Source: Polaromonas sp. (GTDB lineage: Bacteria; Pseudomonadota; Gammaproteobacteria; Burkholderiales; Burkholderiaceae_C). Taken from it: a stretch of DNA of 64,000 nucleotides. The translations under genes and the position numbers were made by a program. The notes beneath the pieces are model-generated. The model was not told where the DNA came from. It ran no database searches and was given only the letters and a program-made list of their open reading frames with translations. Below are positions 16,869 to 26,871 of this stretch, piece by piece. The DNA lies in contig NZ_JBDTTH010000005.1 of the NCBI RefSeq assembly GCF_039930745.1, forward strand, positions 29,385 through 93,384, in the 5' to 3' direction. Position 1 is the first letter of the stretch; each line of letters starts with the position of its first letter.

Positions 16869-18583
16869 CAGGTACCCACGCGCGTCAGGTCAACCACGCG
16901 GGCGACTTCCTCGAGCGAGGTGCTGCCAGCTTTCACACGGGCCAAGCCGTCTTCGGCCATGGTGGTGAAGCCATTGCTGCGCGCATAGGCCGATATCTCC
17001 GGCGTACGGGCATTGCGCGAGAGCAGGTCGTCCAGACCCATGTCAAAGCGCAGAAGTTCCATGATGCTGGTCCGGCCCTTGTAGCCCTGCCCTTTGCACT
17101 GCGGGCAGCCGACCGCCCGGTAAAGCGTCAGCGGGAGCTTGACCGGTGCGTCGAGCAGGGTTTTCTCGACATCACCCGCCTCATAAGACTCCTTGCATTC
17201 GGGGCACAACAGGCGCACCAGACGCTGCGCCACGATGCCTATCAGGTTACCGGTCATCACGCTGGCAGGTATGCCGAGATCCAATAAACGCGCAATGGCC
17301 AGTACCGCCGAGTTGGCATGCAGGGTTGAAAACACCTGGTGGCCGGTCATGGCGGCGCGAAACGCCATCTCTGCCGTTTCATGGTCGCGAATCTCGCCCA
17401 CCAGGATGATGTCCGGATCCTGCCGCATCATGGAGCGGATGCCGTTGGCAAAATCCATCTTCGGGTTGTCCGCGGCGGAGGCCTGCCGGATGCGGGCCAT
17501 TGGGTATTCCACCGGGTCTTCCAACGTCATGATGTTGACGCTTTCGGTGTTCATCTCGTTGAGGATGGAATACAGCGTGGTGGTCTTGCCGCTGCCGGTT
17601 GGCCCGGTCACCAGGATGATGCCGTAGGGCCGCGCCAGCATCATGCGCAGCGTGTTCATGCGCGCTTCGGGCAGACCCATCTTGTCCATGGGCACAATGG
17701 ATTTGCGCCGGTCCAGCACCCGCAGCACAAAATTCTCGCCGTGAATCGTCGGCTGCGCAGCGGCCCGAAAATCAACGTCGTGGCCGCGGATCACCATCGA
17801 GATGCGGCCGTCCTGGGGTGCGCGGGTTTCTGCAATGTCCATGCCCGACAGCACCTTGAGCCGGACGGAGAGCGCCGGCCAGTACTGCTTGTGCAACACC
17901 CGCACCTGCCGTAGCACGCCGTCAATGCGGTAACGAATCCGTAAAAAACCCTCTTCGGGTTCGAAGTGAAGATCGGAGGCGCCTTCGTGCACAGCATCGG
18001 CGAGCAGCGCGTCAATCAGCCGAACGATGGGGTGCGCGAATGCCTCGATACCCCGCATCGACAAGGCATCATCATCCATTCGGCCGGTACGCAGCCCCTT
18101 GAGGATGTCGTCTATCGACAGCGCATAGCCGTAGAAGCGGTCAATCGCCGCCTTGATATCGGCCTTGGACGCCAGACGCCATGCCAGCGAAATGTCCACC
18201 GGCACCACAGACCGGCACTGGTCCATGGCCACGACGTCGTTGGTGTCGCTGATGGCCACTGTCAGTTTGCGGCTGTCTGCATCGAAGCCGACCGGGAACA
18301 CATCGTAGCTTTGTGCCAGTGTTTTCGGGATCAGCTTGATGGCCACGTCGTCGGGCACCATGTCGCTGAGCTTGATGGCCTCAGTCGCGCTGGCCGCGGC
18401 CATGATGGCCGTCAGGTCGTCGATCGACAACATGCCCAGGCTGACCAGGATGTCACCGAAGGAGCCGCCGCGCTTTTCGCGCTCCGTCCAGGCAATTTCG
18501 GCCTGGTCCTGCGTGATCAGGCCGCTACGCTCAAGTTCAAGATAGAACGTTGTGGGGTTGTAGATATCGAGCTTGGTGCTCAC
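16868..18583 (-). CDS. GspE/PilB/MshE-family assembly ATPase
   Basis: ASDLHFEP, Walker A GPTGSGKTTT, Asp box TLEDPVEY, Walker B RQDPDIILVGEIRD, His box, two CxxC (CPEC, CPQC). Confidence 0.94.
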   Translation of the reverse strand: MSTKLDIYNPTTFYLELERSGLITQDQAEIAWTEREKRGGSFGDILVSLGMLSIDDLTAIMAAASATEAIKLSDMVPDDVAIKLIPKTLAQSYDVFPVGFDADSRKLTVAISDTNDVVAMDQCRSVVPVDISLAWRLASKADIKAAIDRFYGYALSIDDILKGLRTGRMDDDALSMRGIEAFAHPIVRLIDALLADAVHEGASDLHFEPEEGFLRIRYRIDGVLRQVRVLHKQYWPALSVRLKVLSGMDIAETRAPQDGRISMVIRGHDVDFRAAAQPTIHGENFVLRVLDRRKSIVPMDKMGLPEARMNTLRMMLARPYGIILVTGPTGSGKTTTLYSILNEMNTESVNIMTLEDPVEYPMARIRQASAADNPKMDFANGIRSMMRQDPDIILVGEIRDHETAEMAFRAAMTGHQVFSTLHANSAVLAIARLLDLGIPASVMTGNLIGIVAQRLVRLLCPECKESYEAGDVEKTLLDAPVKLPLTLYRAVGCPQCKGQGYKGRTSIMELLRFDMGLDDLLSRNARTPEISAYARSNGFTTMAEDGLARVKAGSTSLEEVARVVDLTRVGT

Positions 18584-20283
18584 CTGGCGGCCCTCAGCGC
18601 AGCCAGCCGGGTCCGCGCGTTCAACTCGTCAAACCCTGCAGCCTTCCCCTGCGCGAGCCCGAGGGCTGTTTCGTAATACTGGGCCGCAAGGCTGGACTTG
18701 CGCATGTGATCAAGCGCAACCGCCAGGTTGTACGCGAACTGCGGCTCTTTCGGAGCCAGCGCGTGTGCCTTGAAAAACAGCGGTTGCGCTTCAGACCAGC
18801 GCTGCTCGCCCGACAACACCAGCGCTAGCGCGTGGTTCAGGTCGGCTTCCTGCGGCGAACGGGCCAGCAGTTCGCGCAGGCGCGACTCCTGCTGCGGCTC
18901 ACCGGCGGCCCGGCTAAGGTTGCTCACACCAGCCAAAGCCGTGGCGTTCTGTGGCTCCAGGCGCAGCACCCGCCGGTAGGCGTCCATCGCCGGTTCAAGC
19001 TGGTTGTTTGAATGCGCGATGACCGCCAGGCCAAGCCAGGCATCGCGCTGCGTGGCATCGGCCTTGAGAACTTCGCGGTACAGGCGCGCCGCTTCGACGG
19101 TGTTTCCCGACTGGTAAGCCGCATACGCCGAATCCATGAGCGATCCGGGTCTGGCCGTGCTGCTTGGCGGGGGCGAAGAGGCGACACTAGCGGCCACCGG
19201 CCCCTGAATGCGCGCGGGCCGGCTTCTCGATGCCGGGCTACGGGCAGGTTTATTGACCACCACGCGAGTAGGCGCATCTGCTGCAGGGGTTCGCGAAGGT
19301 GGCACAGATTGAACAACGGGAGAGGCAGGCGCAGCCTCGGGCGGCGACACCGGAACGGCTTCGGGAAGCGCAGCGGCCGGTGCCACCACGGGAGCAGCAG
19401 GTTCAGGTTCAGCCGGCGACGCAGGGGGTGCGGACAAGGCCGGTGTGTTGACCGCCACCAGGTTGCTCGAAGAGCCAAACATGGCGTCACCAAACAGCAG
19501 GAAGGCCATGATGGGCAATGCAAGCAGCAGTGCGATGATCCCTAGCACCCATTGGCGTCGCCGCTGCGGCCGAAGATCGGTGGCCTTGCCCGTTTTTTTG
19601 CCTGCCATGACGCCTGCCGCAGACAGTGCCTGGCGAGGCGTGGTCACAGGTGCCAGCGGCGGCGTTGGCACAGACTGTTTTTCGGCCGGCCTGGCAACTG
19701 CAGTGCCTGCGGGCCTGGAGTGGCCCTCGGATGGTTTGTCTGTCATCCCGCGTGCCGCCGGCCTGAGCGGGCCAGGACCGCTGGCCGCCGCACCGGATGC
19801 AGGCCTTTTGGACGAAACCGGATTGGCGACCAACGCCCCCCAATTGGAACTTGAGTCCTCCCACGCCGGCCTGTCGTAGCGGCCATAGGGACTGGATGCC
19901 TTGCGCGGCGCCAGAGATGCTGGTACCACGACCTCCGGCAAAGGTGTATCTTCTGCTGGCAGTTCGAAATCCAGAAAACTGGCATCGGACGCCGGTCGCA
20001 GGCCCGCAGGCCCCGGCGTGGCTGCCATGTCCAATTGAACAGCTTCCTGCGCTTGCGCTGCAGGTTGTGGCACCGGTGCCGGTTCTGCTTTCGGTACCGG
20101 CTCCAGTGCCACGTCTGTTTGCGCTTCCAGCGTGAGTTCGGCAAGGGGTGCAGCCTGCTCTGCAGCGGCAGCGGAATCCGACTGCGCGAGATCAGGTGCG
20201 GCCGCGGGCGTTTCGGCGTCCGCCAGCTTGCGTTTTTTTGAATCCTGCTCGGCCCGCCTGAGCGCATCCAGCAAAAGACTCAT
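18580..20283 (-). CDS. TPR protein, MshN-like
   Basis: MSLLLDALRRAE start, long Pro/Ala low-complexity linker, central TM, C-terminal TPR-like repeats (YNLAVALDH). Confidence 0.75.
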   Translation of the reverse strand: MSLLLDALRRAEQDSKKRKLADAETPAAAPDLAQSDSAAAAEQAAPLAELTLEAQTDVALEPVPKAEPAPVPQPAAQAQEAVQLDMAATPGPAGLRPASDASFLDFELPAEDTPLPEVVVPASLAPRKASSPYGRYDRPAWEDSSSNWGALVANPVSSKRPASGAAASGPGPLRPAARGMTDKPSEGHSRPAGTAVARPAEKQSVPTPPLAPVTTPRQALSAAGVMAGKKTGKATDLRPQRRRQWVLGIIALLLALPIMAFLLFGDAMFGSSSNLVAVNTPALSAPPASPAEPEPAAPVVAPAAALPEAVPVSPPEAAPASPVVQSVPPSRTPAADAPTRVVVNKPARSPASRSRPARIQGPVAASVASSPPPSSTARPGSLMDSAYAAYQSGNTVEAARLYREVLKADATQRDAWLGLAVIAHSNNQLEPAMDAYRRVLRLEPQNATALAGVSNLSRAAGEPQQESRLRELLARSPQEADLNHALALVLSGEQRWSEAQPLFFKAHALAPKEPQFAYNLAVALDHMRKSSLAAQYYETALGLAQGKAAGFDELNARTRLAALRAAR

Positions 20284-22076
20284 TGCCGCCGCCCCACCGG
20301 CACCGGTGTGCCAATCGACAACTGGCTACGGATAAAGGATGCATCGCCATCAATGCTGGAGTCACGCAATATGGTCGGCCGCAAAAAAATCACCAACTCG
20401 CTTTTGTTGGACTGGTTGCTGCGCAGCTTGAACAACTCCCCGACCACGGGAACGTCGCCCACACCGGGAATCTGGTCAGTCGCGTTGTTCCGGTCGTCCT
20501 GCATCAGTCCGCCCAGCACCGCCGTCTCGCCGTCGCGAACTTTCATGATCGATTCGAATTCGCGGGTTTGAATTTCCGGAATGCGGTTGGTGATGCCGGC
20601 CTGCGCCAGCGCGGGGCTGGGGTCATTCGCGTAGCTGGTGATGCGCGATACCGAGGGCCGCAAGTTCAGTGTGATCTCGTTGTCGTCGCCGACCTGCGCC
20701 GTCACATTCATCAGAAAGCCGACCGGCACCGTGTTGATGGTGGTGGTGTACACAGCAGCGACGGCGGCGACGCCGGGCGACGCTGGCGTGCCGGGCGTCA
20801 CCGAAATCGTGAAATAGACCTTGTTGTCCACCACCTTGAGCAGTGCGGCCTGGTTGTTCATGACACTGACTTTGGGACTGGACAGAACGCGCGTCTTTCC
20901 AAATGATTCAAGCAGGCGAACCGCCGCCCCAATGTCAGTCTTGCTACCGGTTCTGGACGCTACAAACTGGCCCAGAAAGGGCGGGTTCACTCCGGTCGAC
21001 AAGGCGGTCCCGCCGCCCGGCAACATTCCCAGCGCGAGGGCCGTCCCTCCAGGGGCGACCGCGTTACGGATCACCGCCCAGTTGATGCCTTGCTGATAAT
21101 CGCTGGTTAACGCGACTTCCACAATCGTGGCTTCAATCAGCACCTGCCGCCGCGCGTTGCCGACCACCTGGTCCAAAAACTCACGCACGCGCGCATGTTG
21201 CTTGCCTGTCGCACGCACGCTGATGACGCCGGTTTCGGGGTTGGCGATCACCGACGCGGCTTCCCGGTAAAGCGGCTGCGCGGCGGCCACAGGAGCGGGT
21301 GCCGCGGCAGCCGCGGTGAGTGTGCGCGACGCCGCACCTGCGGCGCCCGGCGCTGACGAAACAGCTGCAGCAGGTGCCGGCGCAACAGCAGCCGCAACCG
21401 GCGCGGTTGCTACCGCCGGATCAATCACCTTGTCGGTTTCGCGTAGCAGGTCGCGGATGTTATCGGTCAGCGTGGGCCAAAAACGATTGTTCGAGGTGTT
21501 GCGAATCGATGCCGAAGAAGAATTGCCGGTGCCCGAAGCCGTGCCCTGCCCCGTGGTGGCGACCTGTGACTCTGAGCCCGTGCTGCTGGACGAATCACGC
21601 GTGATGTTCGGATAGTCGACCTTGTACAAGCGAAGGAAAGGCGAATCAGGCAATACAAACAGGTTTTTTCCTTCCAGCTCATAACGCATGTCGACCTGGC
21701 GCGCGACGCGGTCGAGCAACTCGTGGATGGTCTGGTCCAGCGCGTTGAGGGTCACGTTGCCCGTGATACTCGGATGAATATCGAGGTTGAGTTTGGCATC
21801 GCGCGCCAGAGCAAACAGCAGCGTCTGCGCACTGACATTGCTGACCACCACGCTGTAGGTTTCCTGGGGCACGACCGCGCGGGGCGCCGGCAGGCGCGGC
21901 GCGCCGGCCGACAGCGCGGGAATAACGGCTGCATCCACGACGGGCTGTGCCAGTGGCGGAATCTGGCCAGGCTCCTGTGCCAGATGGCCTTTCAAGAGCG
22001 GCGGCGGTGGCGTGGCACAACCGGCGAGCATGACGCCGGCCAGCACCATTTGCCAGAAAGGGCGTGGAGTGTTCAA
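20280..22076 (-). CDS. mshL: Secretin, MshL-like lipoprotein
   Basis: Lipobox LAGC; STN-like domain (LARDAKLNLDIHP); VLIEATIVEV, LSSPKVSVMNNQ, GETAVLGGLMQ, ELVIFLRP motifs. Confidence 0.85.
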   Translation of the reverse strand: MNTPRPFWQMVLAGVMLAGCATPPPPLLKGHLAQEPGQIPPLAQPVVDAAVIPALSAGAPRLPAPRAVVPQETYSVVVSNVSAQTLLFALARDAKLNLDIHPSITGNVTLNALDQTIHELLDRVARQVDMRYELEGKNLFVLPDSPFLRLYKVDYPNITRDSSSSTGSESQVATTGQGTASGTGNSSSASIRNTSNNRFWPTLTDNIRDLLRETDKVIDPAVATAPVAAAVAPAPAAAVSSAPGAAGAASRTLTAAAAAPAPVAAAQPLYREAASVIANPETGVISVRATGKQHARVREFLDQVVGNARRQVLIEATIVEVALTSDYQQGINWAVIRNAVAPGGTALALGMLPGGGTALSTGVNPPFLGQFVASRTGSKTDIGAAVRLLESFGKTRVLSSPKVSVMNNQAALLKVVDNKVYFTISVTPGTPASPGVAAVAAVYTTTINTVPVGFLMNVTAQVGDDNEITLNLRPSVSRITSYANDPSPALAQAGITNRIPEIQTREFESIMKVRDGETAVLGGLMQDDRNNATDQIPGVGDVPVVGELFKLRSNQSNKSELVIFLRPTILRDSSIDGDASFIRSQLSIGTPVPVGRRQ

Positions 22077-23632
22077 GGGGCGGGTTCCTTCCGGATGGCG
22101 TCCAGGCTGCGTACGACCGGGCTGTAGCGCCGGATTGCTGCAGGAGAAGATTGTATGAATTCGAGCGCGTCCAGGCGACTCTCGAAATGCCCGGCATAGA
22201 GGGCATGAAACACCTGGCGCTGGTAAAGCCGGTTGTGAACGAACACCGGCACATCGGCCTGCCCAGAACCGTCCAGCGCCCCTTGCACTTCTTTGGCCAC
22301 TGCCAGCACCTCGGTCTCCCGGGGTGCCCGCTGCGAAAGCACTTGGACAGTGAAACCTTTGCTGGAGGAATTGGCCATGAATTCGTCTGTCACCCGCATG
22401 CGCAAGGCCAGGGAACTGTCCCGCAACTTCTGGGCTAGACTGGATTCGCCTGTTGTATTTGTCGCAGCCACGACAGGCTGGAGTCCATTAACTGCGGGTG
22501 TCCCGACCTCGAGCACTGCCGTGGGAGCCACTGCTTGAGCTGGGGGTGACGCCGGAACGGGGACAACCCGTGCGGCAACCTGGGAGGCTGGCGGTGGCAA
22601 GACGGCCGGCACGGCTGGCACCGCACCCACGCTGGCACTCGTCACCGGCTGGGTCGCTGCTACCCGTTCATGCCTTTCCGCGCCCCGTCCACTTCCCACA
22701 ACGTAACCTACGCCCAAGGCCGCCATCAGGCCAAGACCAGCCGCCGCATATCTTCGCAACAGTCCTGTAGAACCTGCCTTCATGTCCGCGTGCGCCGCTA
22801 ACGGCAGGCGCCTTGTCTTGGGCACGCTGTCGCTCGCGGCGCGGCGCACCTGTTCGAGGCCGACCTGGGGGACGCCTTCCGCGTACGCGGCAAGCATGGA
22901 TTTATCGGCGAGCATGTTGAGCTTGCGGGTACGGCCTTCAGACGCCTGAACCAGCAGACGCATCGCGGCAGCATCAAACAGCTCGCCACCTTTCCAGCCA
23001 GCCTTGTGAAGCCGGAACATCAGGTAAGCCGAAGCCTCCGGGGCGGTAAGGGGCTGCAACTCAAAGCGGTGGCTGATCCGGTCCTTGACTTGCCGTAGTT
23101 GCGGCGCGTCGAGCAGTTCGTCGAGTTCAGGCTGCCCGAACAGCACAATTTTGAGCAGCTTGTTCTGGGTGGTCTCCAGATTGGACAGAAGCCGGATTTC
23201 TTCCAGCGTGGTCGCCGGCATGCTGTGCGCCTCGTCAATCACCACGACAACGCGCCGCCCCTGCGAATAACGCGCGATCAGCTCGGCCTCGAGCGCTGCA
23301 AGCATGTGCGCCCGGTTGCCTTGGGGCGGCTCGGACATCAGGTCATGGGCAATGGCGCCCAGGATCTCGTCGCGATCAAAGACAGGGTTGGCGAGGTAGA
23401 CCGTATCTGATGGTAGAGGGCGCAAACGCTCAAGGAGCATGCGGCTGAGCATGGTCTTGCCCATGCCAATTTCGCCTACGACGCTGACGATCCCTTCGTC
23501 ATGCATGGACGCGACGACCAGCCCCTCCAGAATGTCGCCGCGCTGCCCCCCGGTGAAGAAGAGTCCTGTGTCTGGCGTAATCCGGAAGGGATCTGATGAA
23601 AGCTCGAAGTGGTCTAAATAAAGAACACTCAT
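22073..23632 (-). CDS. ExeA/MshM-family AAA ATPase with C-terminal SPOR-like domain
   Basis: PFRITPD, Walker A GEIGMGKT, Walker B VIDEAH, LFGQPEL, one TM, C-terminal FTVQV...AGHFESRLDA. Confidence 0.85.
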   Translation of the reverse strand: MSVLYLDHFELSSDPFRITPDTGLFFTGGQRGDILEGLVVASMHDEGIVSVVGEIGMGKTMLSRMLLERLRPLPSDTVYLANPVFDRDEILGAIAHDLMSEPPQGNRAHMLAALEAELIARYSQGRRVVVVIDEAHSMPATTLEEIRLLSNLETTQNKLLKIVLFGQPELDELLDAPQLRQVKDRISHRFELQPLTAPEASAYLMFRLHKAGWKGGELFDAAAMRLLVQASEGRTRKLNMLADKSMLAAYAEGVPQVGLEQVRRAASDSVPKTRRLPLAAHADMKAGSTGLLRRYAAAGLGLMAALGVGYVVGSGRGAERHERVAATQPVTSASVGAVPAVPAVLPPPASQVAARVVPVPASPPAQAVAPTAVLEVGTPAVNGLQPVVAATNTTGESSLAQKLRDSSLALRMRVTDEFMANSSSKGFTVQVLSQRAPRETEVLAVAKEVQGALDGSGQADVPVFVHNRLYQRQVFHALYAGHFESRLDALEFIQSSPAAIRRYSPVVRSLDAIRKEPAP

Positions 23633-24167
23633 GTTTTCAAGTACTTGTTAAAGAATGTTCATGTCTTGCTTAACTCTTTTTGGAGGTGCAACCTGCCCCC
23701 GATTATGCGTTTGAACCGAAAAAAGCAATAGAATGTTACAAGTCGGTCTTAATACTGTTGCATTAAGGGAATAGTTTTCCCACCGGTGCCGCATCTTGCT
23801 GGTTACTGCTCCATTTGCCAGGAGCCTTCCGTCGTTTTGGATCTTCCAAAAGACGGGAAAACGGGAGGCCGAATTGAACGAACGCCCAATCATCCCTCCT
23901 GAAGCGTCCGCCCTGCCGCCTGGGCAGTGTGCAGACGAGTTTACGCGTGATGCTGGGGAAAGCAAATGTAGCGGCCAGCCACGCAGACGGGAAGCCGACG
24001 TGCCAGCAGCCCGGCAGCGCATCCAATTCAGGCTGGACAGTCTGCCCAGTCAGCTATGGGGCGAAAAGCGGGCGAAAAATGGACCGGCATGTGGTCGCTT
24101 TGCGGCCGGCGATCCTTCTGCCGCGCAGGCTCCTCGGGCCTGAAAAGGTCAGTGGCCCGCCAAGTTC

Positions 24168-24806
24168 TCAATGCAGCTTGCAACCGGTTCTGGCCTGCAG
24201 GGCTTCCATGGTCACGCCTGGCGCCAGTTCGATGACCTTGAGACCTTCCGGCGTGACGTCCATCACGGCGAGGTCGGTGATGATGCGGTCCACGACGCCG
24301 ACCCCGGTCAGGGGCAAGGTACATTTTTCGAGGAGTTTCAGGTCCTCTGTACCGTCTTTTTTCTTCGCCACGTGTTCCATCAGCACGATCACGCGCTTGA
24401 CGCCGGCGACCAGGTCCATCGCGCCGCCCATGCCCTTGATCATCTTGCCCGGAATCATCCAGTTGGCCAGATCGCCCTTCTCGCTCACCTGCATCGCGCC
24501 AAGGATGCTGAGGTTGATCTTGCCGCCGCGGATCATGGCAAAGCTGTCGTGGCTGCCAAAAATCGCCGACCCCTTGATGGTGGTCACGGTCTGCTTGCCG
24601 GCGTTGATCAGGTCGGCATCCACCTCGTCTTCATACGGAAAGGGGCCAATGCCCAGCATGCCGTTCTCGCTTTGCAGCCAGACCTCGATGTGGTCGGGCA
24701 CGAAATTGGCCACCAGCGTCGGAATGCCGATGCCGAGGTTCACATAAAAACCGTCTTCCAGTTCCTGTGCCGCGCGTGCGGCCATTTGATCTTGGGTCCA
24801 AGCCAT
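24168..24806 (-). CDS. scoB: 3-oxoacid CoA-transferase subunit B
   Basis: VNLGIGIPT, catalytic [13 protein letters not shown]. Confidence 0.88.
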   Translation of the reverse strand: MAWTQDQMAARAAQELEDGFYVNLGIGIPTLVANFVPDHIEVWLQSENGMLGIGPFPYEDEVDADLINAGKQTVTTIKGSAIFGSHDSFAMIRGGKINLSILGAMQVSEKGDLANWMIPGKMIKGMGGAMDLVAGVKRVIVLMEHVAKKKDGTEDLKLLEKCTLPLTGVGVVDRIITDLAVMDVTPEGLKVIELAPGVTMEALQARTGCKLH

Positions 24807-24817
24807 GTTCGTGCTCC

Positions 24818-25522
24818 TCAAACTTTACGGTCGCGGGTGGTGCGCTTTTCAATGCGCTTCTCGGGCGTGGGGTTGTGCACGATGCGGTGCACATAGATCC
24901 CGGGCAGGTGAATGTCGTCAGGCGCCAACTCGCCGGTGGCGACGATACGCTCCACCTCCACAATGCAGATCTTGCCCGCCATGGCTGCGGCCGGGTTGAA
25001 GTTGCGCGCCGTCAAGTTGAAGCGCAGGTTGCCCGAGCGGTCGGCGATGTCGGCCTTGACCAGCGCCACGTCAGGCACCAGGGAACGCTCCATCAAATAG
25101 GTTTCGCCATCAAACTCGCGCAATTCCTTGCCTTCCGCAACCAGGGTGCCCACACCGGTTTTCGTGAAAAACGCCGGAATGCCAGCGCCGCCGGCGCGCA
25201 GCTTTTCCGCCAGCGTGCCCTGCGGCGTGAACTCCAGCTCCAGTTCGCCGGCCAGGTATTGACGCTCGAACTCCTTGTTCTCGCCCACGTAGCTGGAAAT
25301 CATTTTCTTGATCTGCCGTGTCTCAAGCAGCTTACCCAGGCCGAAGCCATCAATGCCTGCGTTGTTGGAGATCACGGTGAGGTTTTTGACCTGGCTGGCC
25401 TTCAGCGCTTCAATCAGCGCCTCGGGAATGCCGCACAGGCCGAAACCGCCCACGGCCATCAACTGGCCGTCCTTGACGACGCCCTTCAGGGCCTCGGCAG
25501 CGGAGGGAAAAAGTTTGTTCAC
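24818..25522 (-). CDS. scoA: 3-oxoacid CoA-transferase subunit A
   Basis: [33 protein letters not shown]; GTG start. Confidence 0.88.
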   Translation of the reverse strand: MNKLFPSAAEALKGVVKDGQLMAVGGFGLCGIPEALIEALKASQVKNLTVISNNAGIDGFGLGKLLETRQIKKMISSYVGENKEFERQYLAGELELEFTPQGTLAEKLRAGGAGIPAFFTKTGVGTLVAEGKELREFDGETYLMERSLVPDVALVKADIADRSGNLRFNLTARNFNPAAAMAGKICIVEVERIVATGELAPDDIHLPGIYVHRIVHNPTPEKRIEKRTTRDRKV

Positions 25523-25627
25523 AAAATCTCCTGGAGAACTTCAACACGAACTTTAAAAGCCTTACGATACTACTTATCAGCATACGTAGTTATCCCTAAA
25601 GTCAAACCCGCATTCCCGCATCGCACC

Positions 25628-26182
25628 ATGGACATCGACTACCGCCTGGCCTTCGACATGGCCCCCGTGGGCCTGGTGCTTTCGCGAAACCGGTCCATTG
25701 TCGATTGCAACCAGCATGTATGCGAGATGTTCGGCGCCACACGCGAGCAGCTGACCGGGCAATCTTTCCAGATTCTCTACCCCAGCGCCGACGAGTACGA
25801 GCGAACAGGTGCGCGCATGCTGCCCATCCTCAATGCAAAAGGGCACTACGCGGACGACCGCATCATGAAGCGGGTCGATGGCCGGCTCAAGGGCGAAACC
25901 TTCTGGTGCCATGTCACCGGACGCGCCCTGAACCGTGCGGCACCCCACGAGTCCGGCATCTGGACCTTTGAAGACCTCAGCTCCCGCCGCCCCGTCAAGG
26001 CCGAACTCACCGCGCGCGAACGCGAGGTCGCCGCGCACCTGATGGACGGCCTGACCTCCAAGGAAATCGGCCGCGCGCTGGGGATCAGCCACCGCACGGT
26101 GGAAATTTACCGTGCCCGCCTGATGCGAAAGTACAAGGCGTCAACCACTGCCGACCTGGTGCACAAGCTGATGGAAGGCTGA
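25628..26182 (+). CDS. PAS + LuxR-type HTH transcriptional regulator
   Basis: PAS-like N-terminus; LTAREREVAAHLMDGLTSKEIGRALGISHRTVEIYR; divergent from scoAB. The ORF-track 24767 start is a shadow extension. Confidence 0.88.
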   Translation: MDIDYRLAFDMAPVGLVLSRNRSIVDCNQHVCEMFGATREQLTGQSFQILYPSADEYERTGARMLPILNAKGHYADDRIMKRVDGRLKGETFWCHVTGRALNRAAPHESGIWTFEDLSSRRPVKAELTAREREVAAHLMDGLTSKEIGRALGISHRTVEIYRARLMRKYKASTTADLVHKLMEG

Positions 26183-26216
26183 AGCCCTCTTTGCTCCGGG
26201 CAGGCCTTCTCGGCCG

Positions 26217-26576
26217 TCAGGCGGCGTCCAGGTCCTCGACGCGGCGTATGGATTCGCGCGAGCGGTGGTCGCGCAATTTGTCCAGCGTGTGTTCAAGCAG
26301 CCGCTTGAGCTTGTCGCTGGCACCGCGGAAGGCCAAGTCCTGGCTGGGCGCATCGTGGTTTACGGCGACGGGTTCCTGATGGGCAAGCCGGGCTTCCATC
26401 GTGCAACGCATGTGGCCGTTGCTGGCCTTGTCACTGTTCTCCTCGCTCATATGCACTTCAATGCGGGTGATGTCGTCCTTGAAGCGGCGCAGGGATTCAT
26501 TGAGCTCAGTAGTTGCCCAGCGCTCAAATGTTTCGCCGGTATGGATGGTGTGATTGGAATTGACCTGAATTTGCAT
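26217..26576 (-). CDS. HPF/RaiA-family ribosome-associated protein
   Basis: MQIQVNS, ITRIEVHMSEEN, RCTMEARLA, AFRGASDKLKRLL. Confidence 0.8.
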   Translation of the reverse strand: MQIQVNSNHTIHTGETFERWATTELNESLRRFKDDITRIEVHMSEENSDKASNGHMRCTMEARLAHQEPVAVNHDAPSQDLAFRGASDKLKRLLEHTLDKLRDHRSRESIRRVEDLDAA

Positions 26577-26801
26577 GGTTATTTTTTCCTTTCAGACTGC
26601 AGCAGCGCACGGGCGACCGGTGCGCTGCCAGCAAGCCGCCGAAATGGCGGCCAGAAAATTCATTGTGCACCTGTAATCCGCGCTGGCTGTAGTCTTCGTT
26701 CGCATGCCCGGGTAAGGTCTGCGTTTATTGAAAGATGCAGCTGCACAGCATCTTTCTCACCGCATGCAGCCATGGGATGGACTTCCGGCGGCCCATGCAG
26801 C

Positions 26802-26864
26802 AGCTATCAATTCAATAGCTGCTCGCGCCCGCGGTTATTGGGCCAATGGCCAAAATGACTCTCA
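26802..26864 (+). repeat. Dispersed palindromic (REP/MITE-like) repeat, intergenic copy A
   Basis: AGCTAT-N7-ATAGCT-GCT, GCCC-N9-GGGC, GGCCAA; 41/63 identical to the copy at 30342 without gaps. Confidence 0.75.
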
Positions 26865-26871
26865 TCCAGAT

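Noticed and set aside
23760-23900. c-di-GMP riboswitch upstream of the pilus operon
   Set aside because: Hairpins are present but the conserved GEMM elements (GNRA loop with receptor, GCAAA...GGACGCAAAG) are not.
24767-26182. 471-aa ORF seeming to fuse a long N-terminus to the PAS-LuxR regulator
   Set aside because: The N-terminal part is the antisense shadow of scoA; the real gene starts at ATG 25628.
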